A DNA stretch of 64,000 nt from positions 1 to 64,000 of the forward strand of contig JALJEE010002631.1 in assembly GCA_023231475.1 (NCBI GenBank), written 5' to 3'. Within the stretch, counting starts at the first letter, position 1; every line of letters begins with the position of its first letter. The notes under the pieces are model-generated. The model was not told the origin of the DNA. It saw only the letters and a program-made list of their open reading frames with translations, and searched no databases. The translations under genes and the position numbers were made by a program. Shown piece after piece: positions 63,501-64,000 of this stretch. The stretch comes from Seison nebaliae (Eukaryota).

Positions 63501-63944
63501 TTAGAATAAGAAAATAAAAATGTAAAAAAATATGAAAATCAATTGGATATTTGTAGAGGAGAATGTCGTAAGTGAAGAATTGCATAAATTTCTATTACAG
63601 AAACAAATATGTCCACCATTTCTATTCGATTCCCTTTGACAAACACGATTGATACTCATTCTTATGTCGAGATCAGAATCACAACCTCGTTTGATACGAA
63701 ATGAAGGAATGCCTTTGATACCCCTCTCTTTCAATATTTGAACTTCTTCTATCAACATTTTCAAAGGAAGTTTTCTTCATGAAATCTCTTAAAGAAGGAA
63801 AATAAGTTGAACTTGGTTTAAATGCTTGTGCGAATTTAGTGCAGTAATTCATGCAATGTTCAACTGGAACATTATTCGTTCGATTAAATGGATCATTACA
63901 ACCGACGTCATAAAATGAATCACATTTGTAACATTTCATGGGAC
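63501..63944 (-). CDS. Ly6/uPAR three-finger GPI-anchored protein (sleepless/quiver-like), 5' end outside window
   Basis: MKCYKCDSFYDVGCNDPF...CMNYCTK...IKRGC...CFCNRNLCN followed by a hydrophobic GPI signal. Confidence 0.85.
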
Positions 63945-64000
63945 CTATATGTTAAAAGGTTTATGGACAAAATGTTAGAATGAAAATAGTTAAAATTTAA

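Noticed and set aside
1..64000. Species-level identification
   Set aside because: Gene content shows a metazoan with a compact AT-rich genome, but the taxon cannot be established without database comparison.

Overview
Eukaryotic (metazoan) nuclear DNA from a very compact, AT-rich invertebrate genome. It holds about 22 tightly packed protein-coding genes, most split by short (~40-66 nt) introns. Recognisable genes: a TEP/CD109-like 3' end, an EF-hand SCP-like protein, a Delta/DSL ligand, a MetX/Cys2-family acyltransferase, mitochondrial GrpE, GCLM, a chromodomain-like protein, a ~11-kb ROCO gene, a Skp1-like protein, acetyl-CoA carboxylase, a class I O-methyltransferase, an SLC35A transporter, TPD52, AMPK-beta, TBCE, ATG12, BET1, Axin, a catalytically dead trypsin-like protein and a Ly6/uPAR protein. 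The window also has MITEs and a 111-bp tandem repeat. Two observations stand out. (1) After removal of a 44-nt intron, the ROCO gene starts with an exact histone H3 N-terminal tail (MARTKQTARK). By manual splicing it stays in frame through SAM-like, MBT (methyl-lysine reader), LRR, ROC-COR and TIR regions, and it sits head-to-head with a chromodomain-like gene. (2) Nearly every short intron I traced begins GTT, with no conserved +4..+6 positions, instead of the usual GTRAGT. Clear GTAAGT donors appear only on longer introns, which suggests an unusual 5' splice-site code. All gene models were spliced by eye and need RNA confirmation. Family assignments come from motif recognition, not database searches.
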